Positions 1-13,055 of a stretch of DNA of 64,000 nt are shown here, one piece after another. The notes beneath the pieces were generated by a model. The model saw nothing but the letters and a program-made list of their open reading frames with translations, did no database searches and was not told the DNA's origin. The translations under genes were made by a program, and so were the position numbers. Positions within the stretch are counted from its first letter, which is position 1, and each line of letters starts with the position of its first letter. Source of the stretch: Cetorhinus maximus (Eukaryota); contig NC_135879.1 of assembly GCF_964194155.1 (NCBI RefSeq), positions 192,014,001 to 192,078,000 of the forward strand, given 5' to 3'.

Positions 1-479
1 GTGCCAGATAACCTTGCTGACTAGAACACTAACAGTGTGCGCTGCTAAGTATTAAGGAGTGGTTTTATGATTCTCACTGCTGATGGGGAATCTTGGCTAC
101 TTGTTATCTCACTGCCCACAATTCTCCAACAAATTATTTTAATGATCAATCAAGGATCAATCCTTGCTTTTGGATTCAATGCGCTATACATAAAATCTGA
201 ATTCTGGTTGCCCCTTTTTATTAGGGATTTTTCCAACAAACAATCCCACTTTTAAAGAACTGAGCTTCCCTAGACTTTTCTCTCACCCCTTTCTCCATAT
301 TTAGAAGGGGAGTTGTGCCACGCATCCATTGGTTTTTTTTTGAAAAAAAACGGCCGGACGACATGAATGGAAAATGTATTTCTGTTGGCTACAAGAGATT
401 GTTGTGTTCAAAATGCATTGTTTACTTTGCTAAAAGTCTTTTTTTTCCACCTAAGACAAACAAGCTTATTAGCACTTAC

Positions 480-521
480 CTCTGATCGAAAATAATAGTT
501 ACCCTGGAGTGTGCTACAGGA
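480..521 (-). CDS. Candidate 42-nt exon of an unidentified host gene
   Basis: Minus strand reads ttgattgtgttctag|TCCTGTAGC...CGATCAGAG|gtaagtgc. Consensus donor, plausible acceptor, length divisible by 3, two open frames (SCSTLQGNYYFRSE or PVAHSRVTIIFDQ). Protein not recognised. Confidence 0.25.
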
Positions 522-944
522 CTAGAACACAATCAAGAGATTTAGATGAGGTCATAAACTTGGCTTGATTTATAAAGTCATTTGAACCCTGAGGTTGTGA
601 GACAGCCTTGTAAGTGTAACACATGTTTCCAGCCAGTTGTTATTTATAATATATTCAATTTATTTTGTATTTGGAAATTTAAGCTTAAATCAAAGATGCT
701 TTCTGAGAGTCCCTGGAGTTGATGGCAGTTACAATGGTGCCATGTGATAGGAATAACAATGGACATGCCTTTCTGCTACAAACAGAGAATCAAAATTCAT
801 CCTGGATCATTTTGAAAGTATATATTTTTGTAATATCTTGCACAGGGTGCTTTATCACCAAATACTCTTACATGGTCCTTGACCCAAAACACAGATGTAG
901 CTGCAAAGACATGTTGGAAACTAATGTTAAACTGTTTGGTGCAT

Positions 945-1300
945 TAATGCAACATCCAGTGTGGTATTGAGCAACAGAGGCCTGGGAGACTCCAGGGTTG
1001 AAGCCCGACCTCTGCTATATTAGCTAATCTCACAGTCAGGGGATGACAGGGGCATTACAATTGACTTAACACCTCTGTACTAGGGAGAAGGAATGAATCA
1101 GGGTTCCTATTACCTCTTGCTGGAAAGTATGCACATAGACATTCACATAGGATAGGATAGGATCGGGCTCAAATGTGATGTGCACCGTGGTTGAAGATTT
1201 TGTTGCCACCTGAAATTGAGGCTCACAAGTGAAAAAATGATCATTTGGGCAAAGTACCAGAAGAAGCCCTTGGACTGTACTTAGTATCGTTCACAAGGAG
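945..1300 (+). mobile_element. Old diverged SINE-like interspersed repeat (family A)
   Basis: Collinear similarity to 37395-37620, 54690-54970 and (reverse) 58140-58330. Shared blocks include ccagggtt/cccaggtt, gctaatctca, acaattg, ggataggatcgggctc and tgtgatg. Confidence 0.55.
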
Positions 1301-2716
1301 GTGGGAAAGAAACAACTGAGAGAAAAATATGCAAAAAATAGATAAAATAAGTGCAAGTAAATACTTTGAGTGTCAAGGTAGTTTGAAATGTACAGATAAA
1401 AATGCCAAAACAGAAAAATGGTTCAAATTCATTATGCATCCACAGTTTTTCAACTCAAGTTCTACTTAATTCCTCAAGAGTTTAGCCAAAATAATTCTCT
1501 TTCTTGATAAAGGAGATAAGTGACACTAATTTAAATGGTGCTTCAAATTTGCATAGTTGATGGCGAGGGCCGTGGCAGTAACACAATGCAGAAGGAAAGC
1601 ATGGGAATTATCTGTTTCTACCACCAAAGCGTTAAAATAACCCAAGCATGTGGCTCACCTTCCCCAACCAGCTAAAAAGCTACAGATGTGCTTCTCTGAC
1701 AAGGTCACTAGTAATATCTTCAACACAGTCAGTCCTATTAAAATATTCGTATTTACGCATGGTTGGTGCCACATTTAGTCACCATGAATGGGTTTTGTCA
1801 GACAACCATTTTATGGCATTTTGCAATTTGACAGCTTCCCAGAGCGCTGCTGGAAATCTCATAAATTCCACGACAGCTCAGTTTCCTACTGAACCAAACT
1901 CTTTCTCACTGTGTTAGATTTAATTTTTAAAACATTGTGATTTGTTCTCTTCTCCTTCCTGTAAAATATGTAAAACTAATCTCCAAAGGCAATCTGAGAT
2001 GATGGCTTTCAGAAAGAGAGAGCAATTCAAACTTGATCCTTTGGAGCTATTTCTGCTATGCCCTGCTGTCACTAATCCATTCAGAGTTGACCACCTCACC
2101 CCCACTTCATCGTGTCATAGACAATCACATCCTATGCAACATGTCATATCAACTTATATAAAGCTGAAGCTGTGATAATTTCACATAGATACCCTCGCCT
2201 CTTTTCAGGAGTTTTGGGCTCAGGTTTTCCCTCAGTCTGCAATTTTCCTGAAATGATCTGTTGCACTTTTATCTGACGCTGTTCTTATTGACTCTCTGCA
2301 TGGAGTTCTATGACTTTGAGCAGCTTTAATAGAAACTAAAATCAGGTGGGGTGTAAAACGGATGGTCAATTCCACCCTGATATTTCTCACCGGGGTGGGT
2401 GGTGGGGGTGCGGTGTGTGGTGGGGGGGTGTTAGGTCAGGATTTGCCCCGCAGCTGAATCCTAAAGAAGGATCTTCTTTTGACCCCAGAAAATTCAGCTG
2501 GGTTCAAGGTAGGTAATCGTATGGGGATCATCCTGGCATTTGCTACAGGGCACTGGAATGACAAAGCTTTTCCTTAGTTATAACTCTAATTTGTTTTAAA
2601 GTTGAAACTACATAAAGGAAGATTAAAAACAAAACGGGCATCTTTCCCAATGAAACAATGCCAACTAAAGCAATGTTCAAATGCATGTCAACTGCCCAAT
2701 AGGATTTGCCAATATT

Positions 2717-2976
2717 GGGGTAGAAATTGGTATGCTTTGCACCTGTTTTTTAACATAAAGTGGATATAAATCACATTCATTCAATGCTAGGAGGGCCTCA
2801 GGCACTGGACCCACTGTTAAAGTCCTCCCAGGTGGATGCCTGAAACAGGCATTGGGCCCCTTTGAGGAATAATGCAAGTAGAAAAGCCTTGTGATGAAAC
2901 AGTGAGCAATGATTGGGGCGCTGATTGCTTAGTGCTGGGTCTGAGCCCAAAAGCAAGTCCGAACTAATTTTGCCCC
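2717..2976. mobile_element. MITE / non-autonomous Harbinger-like element
   Basis: TIRs ggggtagaaattggt ... actaattttgcccc; flanks ATT / ATC (imperfect 3-bp TSD). Confidence 0.55.
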
Positions 2977-3014
2977 ATCATTTTTGCAGTTGTGAAACAA
3001 GGAAATTCGGATAC

Positions 3015-3365
3015 AGAATCATTATTAGTGAGCTAGCCAATACTGACAATGCAATCATTTGTCACCAGAGGAAGAGAAAAACCTTTCAGTCCATCTACAG
3101 ATTTATTCTCCATACAAGTCTCCTCTCACTCCATCACCTCACCCCATCAACATATCTTTCTATTTCTTTCTCCCTCGTATGTTTACCTAGCTTTCCTTAA
3201 ATGCATCCATATTATTTGTCTAACCTCTCTTTGTGGTATGAGAGCATCACTGTTTTTTTGATTTTCTAGAGAAAAGAGTCCCAGCCTGTGTAATCTTTCC
3301 TGATAGGTATAACCTTCCAGTTCTGGTATCATCCTGGTAAGTATTTATTGCACTGTTTCACGCAA
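3015..3365 (-). mobile_element. Old CR1 LINE 3' fragment (probably continues at ~4855-5030)
   Basis: Reverse of CR1 RT C-terminal region (ttctagagaaaagagtcccagcctg...ttctggtatcatcctggta); similar to the CR1 copies at 5190 and 30481. Confidence 0.6.
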
Positions 3366-3371
3366 GAGCAT

Positions 3372-4850
3372 TTTACGGAGGTAGCTGGCCATTTAAATCA
3401 TCAGCTGCCTGATCACTGAAGTGGGAGTCTGGTAGCCTTGGAGTGTGAAACCCGACATGTGCAGATTGTACCTGGACTGAACTTTGTGGATTCCTTTGGT
3501 TAGCTAGGGTACCCCTTTGGAGAGGTAAGCTGCCCCTTTGGACCTGATCCCGGACACTTTTCGTGGAGATAAGGTGTCCTTTAGAATTTTTAAAAATAGG
3601 TATAAATGTGTGTAAAAAGTGCATAAACCTACTACTGGCAAGTTCATTTTAACTGTCAATAGACCTGTCAAAATCAACTGACAAATTTGTCAGAAGCACC
3701 TGTCAAGGGGACCTGTCAAAGGGACCTGTCAAAAGTTTCAAAGGGAGCTGTCAAAGGGACCTGTCAAAAGTGTCAGAAGCACCTGTCAAAAGCAACTGTC
3801 AAAGGCAGCTGTCAAGCTGTCAAAACATTTAAAGGTCCTGCCCTTTAAATCTTTGATAAAATTATCTGGAGTGTTAAAAAACTGATTTCTTGCTATTTCA
3901 CTCTGTCTGCTGACAGAAGCCTGAGAGTTTCCATTATTGGATTAATGCTGCATGACTAACTTCACAACCATCCATCACCACAGTAGGGTTGCTGCCATTT
4001 TACAGTTTGATTGACAGCTATAAGTGGTTACACACTCTTTGATATGGGACTGTGATTTCCAATGCTTGTTATAAGGGATTGTGCACTTGAATGAAATGTT
4101 TGCTGTTATAAGGTTTTATTTAGTGGAAGGAATGTAAATGTAGTAAATGGGTTTTTAATGAAAGAGCGTGTATTTTTTCAATATGGTGAAGTCTGAAATG
4201 GGCACTTCAAACTTTATTTTATCTCATCTCTGCATGGGTCCTGAGGTCTGCCCATGTTGGATACTAGGTGAGTTGTCATGGTAGGTGTAAGGGCAAAAGG
4301 TAGTGGGTAGGGGGAATGGGTTGGCATGAATTGGCACTCAGTTATCATGGGGCTATAAAGGACCATGGGGGTGGGTGGATGGGCACAGGCTGGCATGAGC
4401 TGGCACTGTTGGCATAGAGGCTATAAAGGGCCATGGGGTATGTGGAGTGCTGTAGGTTGGCATGGAAGGCAAGAGGGGCCATAGTGGATGGGTGTAGAGC
4501 ATAGCTTGGCATGGGGGCATGAGGGGCTATGGTGGCGGGTGGGGGGCATGTGGTGGCATGGGTTCAAATAGATGGGGATGGGATGTGTCATGTTTTGTTC
4601 TTTATTTTTAAACTTTGGACATATAGCCAGATCCCTGAGGCAGGCCTTCCACCCAGCCCGCCTCTGCACCTGGCAGCCTCCTCAGTTCTTCCAGGGTCAC
4701 CTGGTCCAATTTCTAATCCACCCATTCCCCCTACCCGCACCACCCTTGACTGAAAATCTAATACCCTGGCAGCCATGTCTAAAGGTCAGGTTCGCCGAGC
4801 TGAGAATTCTCCCGTCTCTGTGCACCTGACCCGTGAGCAAAAATCTCGGC
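3372..4850. mobile_element. Non-autonomous DNA transposon (Harbinger-like) with internal CTGTCA array; left end eroded
   Basis: Right terminus acctgacccgtgagcaaaaatctcggc resembles the other GC-rich TIR ends. Internal G-rich tract and ctgtca motifs are shared with 49140-53675. Confidence 0.5.
3651..3825 (+). repeat. Degenerate minisatellite of (a/c/g)ctgtcaaa units
   Basis: 11 CTGTCA plus 2 further TGTCA copies in ~175 bp, spaced 7-14 bp or more apart. Confidence 0.9.
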
Positions 4851-5187
4851 ATGAGTGTTTGCGTTTTTATGACCTTATTAATCTCTATGGCTACTTTTGG
4901 TGGTTTGCGTATCTGTTCCTCTGCCCCATTTAAACTATCATTTTCCTACTTTCTCTCCCTGCTAAAATGCACAACCTCACACTTATCCATTTTGACATAT
5001 GCCAATTACATGTCCATTCTGCAAGTTTATAATGAAAGAAAATGGACCCCACATTTCTGAAATACTGGTACTTCCCGGTGATGACTGACTCCTTCATAAT
5101 AATTGTCAATGACTACAAATCTCCTTGGATTCTTTCAGGGATAAATATCATCCTTTCAGGGAATAACCACCATCTACTTTGGGATAA

Positions 5188-5662
5188 TAAGAACATAAGA
5201 AAATAAGAAATAGGAACAGGAGTAGACCATTCGGCCCCTTGAGCCTGCTCCACCATTCAATAAGATCATGGCTGGTCTTCTTGTGTTTCGATTTCCACAT
5301 TCCCATCTAACACCGATAACCTTTGATTCCCTTGCCTAACAAGAATCTGTCTATCTCTGCCTTAAAAATATTCAATGACCCCGCCTCCACCACCTTCTGA
5401 GGCAGAGAATTCCAAAGTCGCACAATCCTCTGAGAGAAAAAATTTCTCCTCATCTCTGTCTTAAAAGGATGAACCCTAATTTTAAATAAGTGTCCCCTAG
5501 TTCTGGACTCACCCACAAGAGGAAACATCCTTTTGACATTCACCTTGTCAAGGCCGTTCAGCATCTTATATACTTCAATCAAATCACCCCTCGCTCTTCT
5601 AAACTCAAATGGAAACAAACTTCGTATGTCCAATCTTTCCTCATAAGACAACCCACTCATTC
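5188..5662 (-). mobile_element. CR1 LINE 3' end (RT C-terminus plus 3' UTR), relatively young
   Basis: ORF 5307-5906 contains GLSYEERLD...RRARGDLIEVYKMLNGLDKV...RTRGH...RRNFFSQRIVRLWNSLP. The 3' tail is near-identical to 63855-64000. Confidence 0.92.
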
Positions 5663-5983
5663 CATATGATGATTCCATATAATGATAAATACCATCCACT
5701 CCTGGGGCTTTGTTTTCTTTGAGGTATTTTACGCTGTCAACAACTTCATTTATTTCAATGTTCTCAGGTTCTTTGGACCAATTGATGAAATGGGCACAAG
5801 TTGTGTCCAAAATTGGGCCTGTTTTGAAAAGAGTCCTTTTTATCAAATTTCCATTCAATTTTATGTGCATATTGGCAAATGCAAAATATGCAATGAACCA
5901 GTGCAATCAGGCAGGGTTTATAAATGTTATGTTCTAAATTGTTTTAAAAAATATTTCATGATATATTGAAAAGTGACAACTAG

Positions 5984-6472
5984 GTGGAGTTTCATTAATA
6001 CAGCTGAAAATAGGTTCGTCACAAAAAATATGCATTTTTAAACAGTGTCCAGTCTACCTGCGAGTAGTCCAATTTTAAATGGCTGAAAATGACTTTTAAA
6101 AAATGCGAACCATTTTCCTAGTTACACTGGCGTAAAGTAGTCAATTCCCTCATGAAATAAAAAATGCATTCAAAAGCTTTTGAAATGCTCTTATTAGTGT
6201 CCTCACAGAAATGAACCAACTTACTTTTAGGGTTTCTCAAAAACCTGCAAACAACTGCAATCAGTGGAAACTCCCAATGGTGATTAATCCGCCCTGGGGC
6301 AGGTTTTGTGGCTGGGTCTGACTTCTAGACAATGTTTTTAAACATGCTTAAAAGATTGTGGAACCTCAAGATGTATTTCTTTGCACTTAGATTTTCGTGA
6401 TCTTTTACTCTGGTTATGCTGATTTCAGGAGAATCGCGGTGAAAAAATAGCACAGCTGAGTGTAAACTCAAT
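5984..6472. mobile_element. AT-rich putative non-autonomous DNA element
   Basis: Imperfect terminal inverted repeats gagtttcattaatacagctg ... cacagctgagtgtaaactc. Confidence 0.35.
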
Positions 6473-6984
6473 TTTTCTTGGGTTGTTTCTGTTTGGGAAG
6501 AGCATTTTGCTTATGTTTTTCCTCATGAATACTTGGAGGAATGAATCAATCAGAACATTTTTGGCTCTTTGCCAATTTGCCTCTATTGTTTTCACCACTT
6601 CATGAATGCCTTTCTACCGTTGTTTGTACTGAAAGATTTTTTTCTGTTGCTGAATTTGGCTTCTGCTGTTAGGTTTCTTTTCCAGGTTCCTTTCTGCCCT
6701 TCTGATGAATCTTTTAATGTGTTCATAATTTTCTTATATTCATCTCATTAAACCTTTTCCACTTTCTCCCTGCAGACTTTGTGAAGATAATTTTATTTCC
6801 TCTTTATTACACTTATTATTTGTTTGTTAATCCATTTAGAGATGTTTGTCATCAAGGTCAGACAATCCTCTTTGAAGTGACATTCACCCAATGTTAAGCT
6901 ATGAATTCCCATAAAGGGATAAAAGAAAAGGAGTCTGAAATTCCACGGCTCAACCAGCACACCTTCATGGTAGGAATATGGCCA

Positions 6985-7450
6985 TAATGATGCATGAACT
7001 AAGAGGGTGAAACTATTAGGAAAGATTAAACAGGCTAGGGCTCTTTTTCTCTAGAAAAGAGAATGCTGGGGTGTGACCTAATAGGTGTCTTTAACATTTT
7101 GAAAGGGCTTTACAGGGTAGACAGGGAGAGGATGTTTCTACTGGTGGGACAACCAAAACCAAGGGTCACAAATATAAGATAGTCATTAATAAATACAGTT
7201 GGGCATTTAGGAGAAACGTCTTTACCCAGTGGGTGGGCAGAATGTGGAACTTGCTACCACATGGAGTGATTGAGGCAAATAGCAGATGTATTCAAGGGGA
7301 AGCTAGATAAGTACGTTTGACAGAAAGGAATAGAAGGTATGTTAATGGAGTTAGATGAAGTAGGGTGGAAGGAGGCCCTTGTGGAGCATAAACACTGACA
7401 TAGACCTGTTGGGATGAATGACGTATTTCTGTGTTGTAAATACTATGTAA
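6985..7450 (+). mobile_element. CR1 LINE 3' fragment
   Basis: aggctagggctctttttctctagaaaagagaatgctg...aagggtcacaaatataag...agaatgtggaacttgctacc corresponds to the degenerate RLGLFSLEKR / RGHKYK / WNLLP motifs. Confidence 0.85.
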
Positions 7451-8644
7451 TTCCATATAAAAAAATGCTGCCTCAACTTCAGTGGCAAAAGCCAGAAATC
7501 AGGCCAGGAATAAGAAGCATGGAGCCTCCTCAAACACCCACAGAATCTGTGGGGCCTTGTAAGGAGTAGAACTTCCACCTGCTGGCTACAATGAATATCA
7601 AAAATTCATGTGGATCAGAGTCCAAGTATTCAAAAAAAAACCATCCAATTTTCTTTTCATTGAGTTAAATGGAAGGAAAACCTGTTATCTTCCTTTATAT
7701 GTATGTTCTCTGACCTGTCAGATTTTCTGATATTTGCCGCACCCAAGCAAATCTCCTCTATTGTTTTCACTGACAAGAGGTGATGCCATGTGAGTGCACC
7801 CAGAGTGACCATTTCATTACTGTCATTGTGTCTGCTCAGTCCATCTCACGATGAATGGATCCACCCATAATTAACTCAATTGATGTTGTAGCACGGTGCA
7901 CTCTTTTACACTCAATCTGCATAAGGAGCTGGATTTCTCTTTCAGTTTCTAGCATACTATTAGCACCCATCATGACTTTTTTCTTCACTTGCAGCCTTTA
8001 AAGAAGATAAGAGAATTTCGTTTTGAAGCTAGTACAACAGGGAGCTGACTAAAGAAGCAAGATCTAAATGCCTCACATCTAGTTTTAATATCATGTTATT
8101 TTGTATTATTTATATAGTATGTATACTTTCTAAACTGCATTTTATATGCCTATAAATATGTATGCGTTTGACTTCCGGCACATTGACTTCAGATGCAACT
8201 TAACGCAGGCTGATAACTGCATGACTGACTGTTGCTAACAAAAACATGAGCAAATTTCACCAGGTTCTGAGAAGGATAAGAAAGTTATTTTCTACTGACA
8301 ATCAACAGGAGAGTGTATAGGTTACTCTTCTCTCTTTTTTGGATTGCTGAGAACTGACCCCAAAACCAACCAATACATTTCTTTTGCGATGTATTGTTGG
8401 AATGTTATGCAACCCCATTCACTATTCATTTCTCTCTAATTGCCAGAAAACATTGGAAGAAACAAAACATTGCCAGAAACAAAATAGAACTATGGACAGA
8501 GATGTGCAAATAGTTGAAGGGAAGCAATGCAAGTAGGCTTTTGAAGATACCAAGAAAGGTGATAAGTTGAAGAGAATTCCAGAGGGCATGCTGAAAGAAT
8601 GGTTGTTGCAGGCAGAAGAGAAGAAGTGAAGAATAAGCAGTAAC

Positions 8645-9290
8645 ATCAACATCCTGGGGGGTTACTATTGACCAGAATCTGAACTGGACTAGCCATATAA
8701 ATACTGTGGCTACAGGAGCTAGTCAGAGGATGGGAATTCTGCAGCGAGTAACTCACCTCCTGACTCCCTAAAGCCTGTCCATCATCTACAAGGCACAAGT
8801 CAGGAGTGTGATGGAATACTCCCCACTTGCCTAGATCAGTGCAGCTCCAACAAAATTCAACAAGCTCGGTACCATCCAGGACAAAGCAGCCCACTTGATT
8901 GGCACCCCATCCACCACCTCCTCAAATATTCACATCCTCCATCACCAGTGCACTGTGGCAGTATGTCCCATATACAAGATGCACTTCAGCAAATAGCCAA
9001 AGTTCCTTCAATAGTACCTTCAAAACCACTAACTGCTACCACCTAGGACAATGGCAGCAGGCACCACCACCTACAAGATCCCCTTCAAGCCACTCACCAT
9101 ATATCACCGTTCCTTCACTGTCACTGGATCAAAATCCTAGTACTCCCTTCCTAACAACACTGTGGGTGTACCTACATCACATGGACTGCAGAGGTTCAAG
9201 AAGGCTCACTGCCACTTTCTCACTGGCCACTAGGGATAGGCAATAAATGCTGGCCTTGCCAGTGATGCACACAACCCAAGACTGAGTAAA
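8645..9290 (+). mobile_element. 3' fragment of the CR1-group LINE family represented at 49681-52867
   Basis: Collinear with the reverse complement of 49690-50345 (tacaaggcacaagtcaggagtgtgatggaatactc ... tagggataggcaataaatgctggccttgccag). Confidence 0.9.
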
Positions 9291-10417
9291 ACAAAAGTGG
9301 CAGGGGAAAGGGGTGGTCTGTAAAGGGCTTATATAGCAATCAAGAAAATTTCCATTGCATGAATCATAAAATGTAATCAGATTGTGAAACCGTTAGAGAC
9401 AGGAAGACATTCAGATAAATTATAACCTTTGGGCAGCTAACTGGCAGAGAGTACTGGCTGCCACCTGTTCTGGGGATGAAGAGCCTGAAGCCATTTTGAG
9501 GTCTGGGCCTCATTAAATGGAATCAGTCAGCTGTGTGCATTAGATGGGATCCCAATAAAACTTGCTGGTTTGGGGCCTGTGGAGCCCCAGGTGGACCCAG
9601 CAAGCAGGGAGAAGACAAAATGGAGGGCCGGTGTCAGTGGGGAGGGGCAAGTGCAGGCTGGCAGCAGCTCATAATTTTTTTGCTTTCTCTAGCTCCAAAA
9701 AAATAATGTCAACAAACTTTTGGTTTCCTTTATGAAGCAACCATCAATGGCCTTCAGGCCATTTCACCCATGTTTCCCTTAAAATAGCAATTGGGGTCCC
9801 ACCATCGGATCCCAACTTGCATAATCAAGAAGCTTATAATAGAAACAGGTGGCGGCTGGAGTGTTGACACTGAGCAGTAAATCTACTGACTCCATTTTGA
9901 GTTAAAGCACAAGTAATGATGATTTCAGCCAGTTAACATCAACCTGACTGTGTTTAGAAAGAGGTTTTTGGGACAAACCTTTTATCTGTCTTTGCCACAA
10001 GGCCCAATTGGCCCCTCAGGTATAGCTCAAATTGTAATTTGGTATCCGCTTATGGAGTTTATGAGATATGTCAAAAGGACAACTTTTTACTGCAAAATCA
10101 CTCAGTTGGGAACAATTTATTGGCAGGACGTGATTAGCATCCTCCGATTCCTGACCACAGTCAGCCAGATTGAGAGGGGGGATAGGCCCTGGGCATTAGG
10201 CTACAATCGGGAAACGGAGAGGAAGGAGGGAATGTTTAGAGGCCTGGGGTTGGGGCGAGATTAGAGGCCCTCATGGGTGAGATAAGAAGTTTAGAAGGCC
10301 CTCAGGGACAGGGCATTAGAGTCGGTTGTGAGTGCAGTCATGTGGGGTTAGTGAAGCAGATAAATTAGAATCAGAAGATGTAGAAAGGCCAGACTGGCCA
10401 GGTTTAATTTAAATGGC

Positions 10418-10555
10418 AGAATAAAAGCAAAATACTGCGGATGCTTGAAATCTGAAACAAAAACAAAAATTGCTGGAAAGACCCAGCAGGTCTGACAGCA
10501 TCTGTGGAAAGAAAGACAGGGTTAACATTTTGAGTCTGTATGATTCTTCTTCTTC
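10418..10555 (-). mobile_element. Penelope-like element terminal fragment, inside a degraded GC-rich DNA element (~9965-10760)
   Basis: aaaatactgcggatgc...aaatctgaaacaaaaac...gctggaaa...cagcaggtctgacagcatctgtgg...gttaac is the same family as 26110-26280 and 56030-56170. Family assignment is from memory of shark Penelope termini. Confidence 0.6.
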
Positions 10556-11094
10556 TTTAAAATGGTGGCTAACTAAGAGGCAAGCAGCCTTATTACAATA
10601 TTAAAATTGTCAACAATCTTTCTGGGAGCAGCTTGGTTCCCTGTCCCTGTCTTGCCTTTGTTGAACCCAAAATTGGGAGGTTAATAGGAATCAGAGTTTT
10701 TAATATCTACATCACACCCAAACCAAACCTGCCCAATTTTGAGGGTTAACATTCATGCCCGTGATCCTGTGGATGCTAATCTGTATTATATAAATTTTAC
10801 TTCAGTAGCAGAGTGAATAAAGCTGACAATTAAAACTTTACATTGCAATTTTCTTGACTAAAGCAAATACTCTGACATTTTGCTAAGCTCCATTTTCTAT
10901 AGTTTTTAAATGCCAGCGAAAGGAAACCATACATAACATGAAAAGGGATTTCCAAAATAATCCTACAGGAAAACCCTTCTTAAAATCCGACAGAATCTAT
11001 TGGTTTTATTTTGGAGACAATCCCGTGGTTTACTATTCGAATTGAGAAGGAGCTGGTGAGCTACCTTATTGAACCTTTGGAATCTGGGTCCTTA

Positions 11095-11225
11095 TGTACA
11101 AGGTTACTGGGACAAGGCAGGAGAGTGGGACTAGGTGGAATGCTCTTTCAGAGAGGCAATGCAGACTCGATGGGCCGAATGGCCTCCTTCTGCACTGTAA
11201 AGATTCTATGATTCTGTAATTCTGC
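11095..11225 (+). mobile_element. CR1 3' UTR end
   Basis: gactcgatgggccgaatggcctccttctgcactgta followed by (attct) tail repeats. Confidence 0.8.
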
Positions 11226-13055
11226 TGTCGGTACACCCGCAAGGCTGTTTGGGAGAGAGTTCCTGGGTATTGACCCAACTGACAATATTCTGGCTAAAGA
11301 ATTCAGAATGAAACATTAGCCTACAAGTATTGGAAAATAACTGGCATGGAAAGGCCAAGGCAGCTCCATCAAGGGCAGCTAGAAATGGACAAGTTTTGGC
11401 CTTGCCAGCGATGCCCACATCCCATGAAAGAATAAAGGAAAATGAAGACTGCTGCACATTCACAATGGCTGGAGCATCATGACTAGATGCTTCCAACAGC
11501 TCTCCCAGCTGAAAGAGACAAAAAAAAGCAGAACTAAACCCAGGGTCAATGAGGGGAAAAAAATACTTTGGAAAATTCCTCTTTGAGCCCCTTGGGTGAT
11601 CGAAATCAGGCCAGGAAACCTGCCTTCCTCTATTGGACGCTAACAAATTTGCTGTATATTTCCAGAATTTCTGGCTTCATTGTTGTATCGGCAAACATAC
11701 ACTTTTCGTAGTCATTACGTTATGTTTCTACCACTGACTGGATTGCCTTGATTTGCTTTGCTGATTTTTTTTCGCTTGACTGTAATTGCTGAACAATTCC
11801 AATAAATTGTTAATTATAGTAAACATGCTGTTACTCAGAAAGCAGCTGCTTCCTGCTCCCTAAAACAGATCTGCTCTTTCTGTAAGATCAGTCCTAAGCC
11901 ACTTCTGCCCTTCACAAGCTGCAGCGCGTAATGTAACAGTTCTGATATTTCTCTACAGATTCCAACTGATCTGCCGTCCAATTTCAGCACCTCCTATTTT
12001 TTATTTCAGCGTCTAGCGTTCACTATTTCCTTGATCTCAACGCCTTTGCAGCCAATTCATACCGGCTCCATCCAGCAGCCACATTGTTTGGAGGTGCAGC
12101 TTCCAGCCCAACACTCTCCAACAGCACATTGAACGCCCTAAGTTGTTGACATGAGCAGGAAGAATGAGAGGAGCAGCTGCAATGCACGTCTGAGGGGGTC
12201 AAAGAACTGCCTTTTCATAATCATTATTGTCCGATTTAATATCCTTTGATGAAGCATAGGAATAAATTTTGTCAGGAGAATGAAGGGCTTGTGTAAATTT
12301 GTTATTTTGATTGATCTGGAGAACTGCCAAATGAAAGGTAACTGTGTATGCAGGAACAGTTAGGACTTAAACCAAAGGTGCCACATAGGACAGCTTGATT
12401 GACACCCTAAAATTCTAGTTCTAGTTGTTTCTCTGAGCCTTGCAAATTATCTTCACAGAAAGCTGAGCCATAATTGATTTTTGCTCTATCTATAACAAAT
12501 AAAATTACATTTTGAGCAGAGTAAAAGGGGTATCATTTCTAAGCACTGCAAGCTGTGAAAAATTGCCCTAAGTGTTCTATCTTTACTGCTTTCTGTTCCT
12601 TAACATGCATCATTTCCCTTGGTGCCTGATTACTTCTAGCCCTCTTTAATCAGCCACTGGGTGGTCTACAAAAAATGTCTTTTCTTTAATTGGGAACCTA
12701 GGTAAAGGAGCCTTGCCTATCCTGCTGGGGTCCAAGCATGAAAAGAGTAAAAGAAATCAAGAATTAGGTGATGCCAAACCTGGGTTTTAAAAGCCTGTAG
12801 ATTGTGAAAGGAAGGGAAAGCTAACAGAGAAGATTTCTATTATCTGATACCTGTACTCAAATCATAAATGCATTCTTTATGCACACGTTTAGTGATTCAG
12901 CGCTCTATGATAAGAGACTAATGTGGAAGCAGTGATGATTTGGTGAATATGGTTAATTACAAAAGCCCCTTATATATTTCCTCTTTTCAAATTGAAAACC
13001 CAACAATTGTTAAATTAGTAAAGTGCTTAAGATGAACCAGATGCACAACCTTAAT

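Noticed and set aside
331-351. T9-G-A8 hairpin resembling a terminator
   Set aside because: Simple homopolymer juxtaposition; bacterial terminators are irrelevant in this vertebrate context.
3651-3825. CRISPR-like repeat-spacer array
   Set aside because: Units are only about 7-14 bp, there are no unique 25-40 bp spacers or cas genes, and the context is eukaryotic.
5307-5906. Longest ORF (199 aa) as a host gene
   Set aside because: It is a chance fusion of an older LINE piece (KAPGVDGIY) and a CR1 RT C-terminus.
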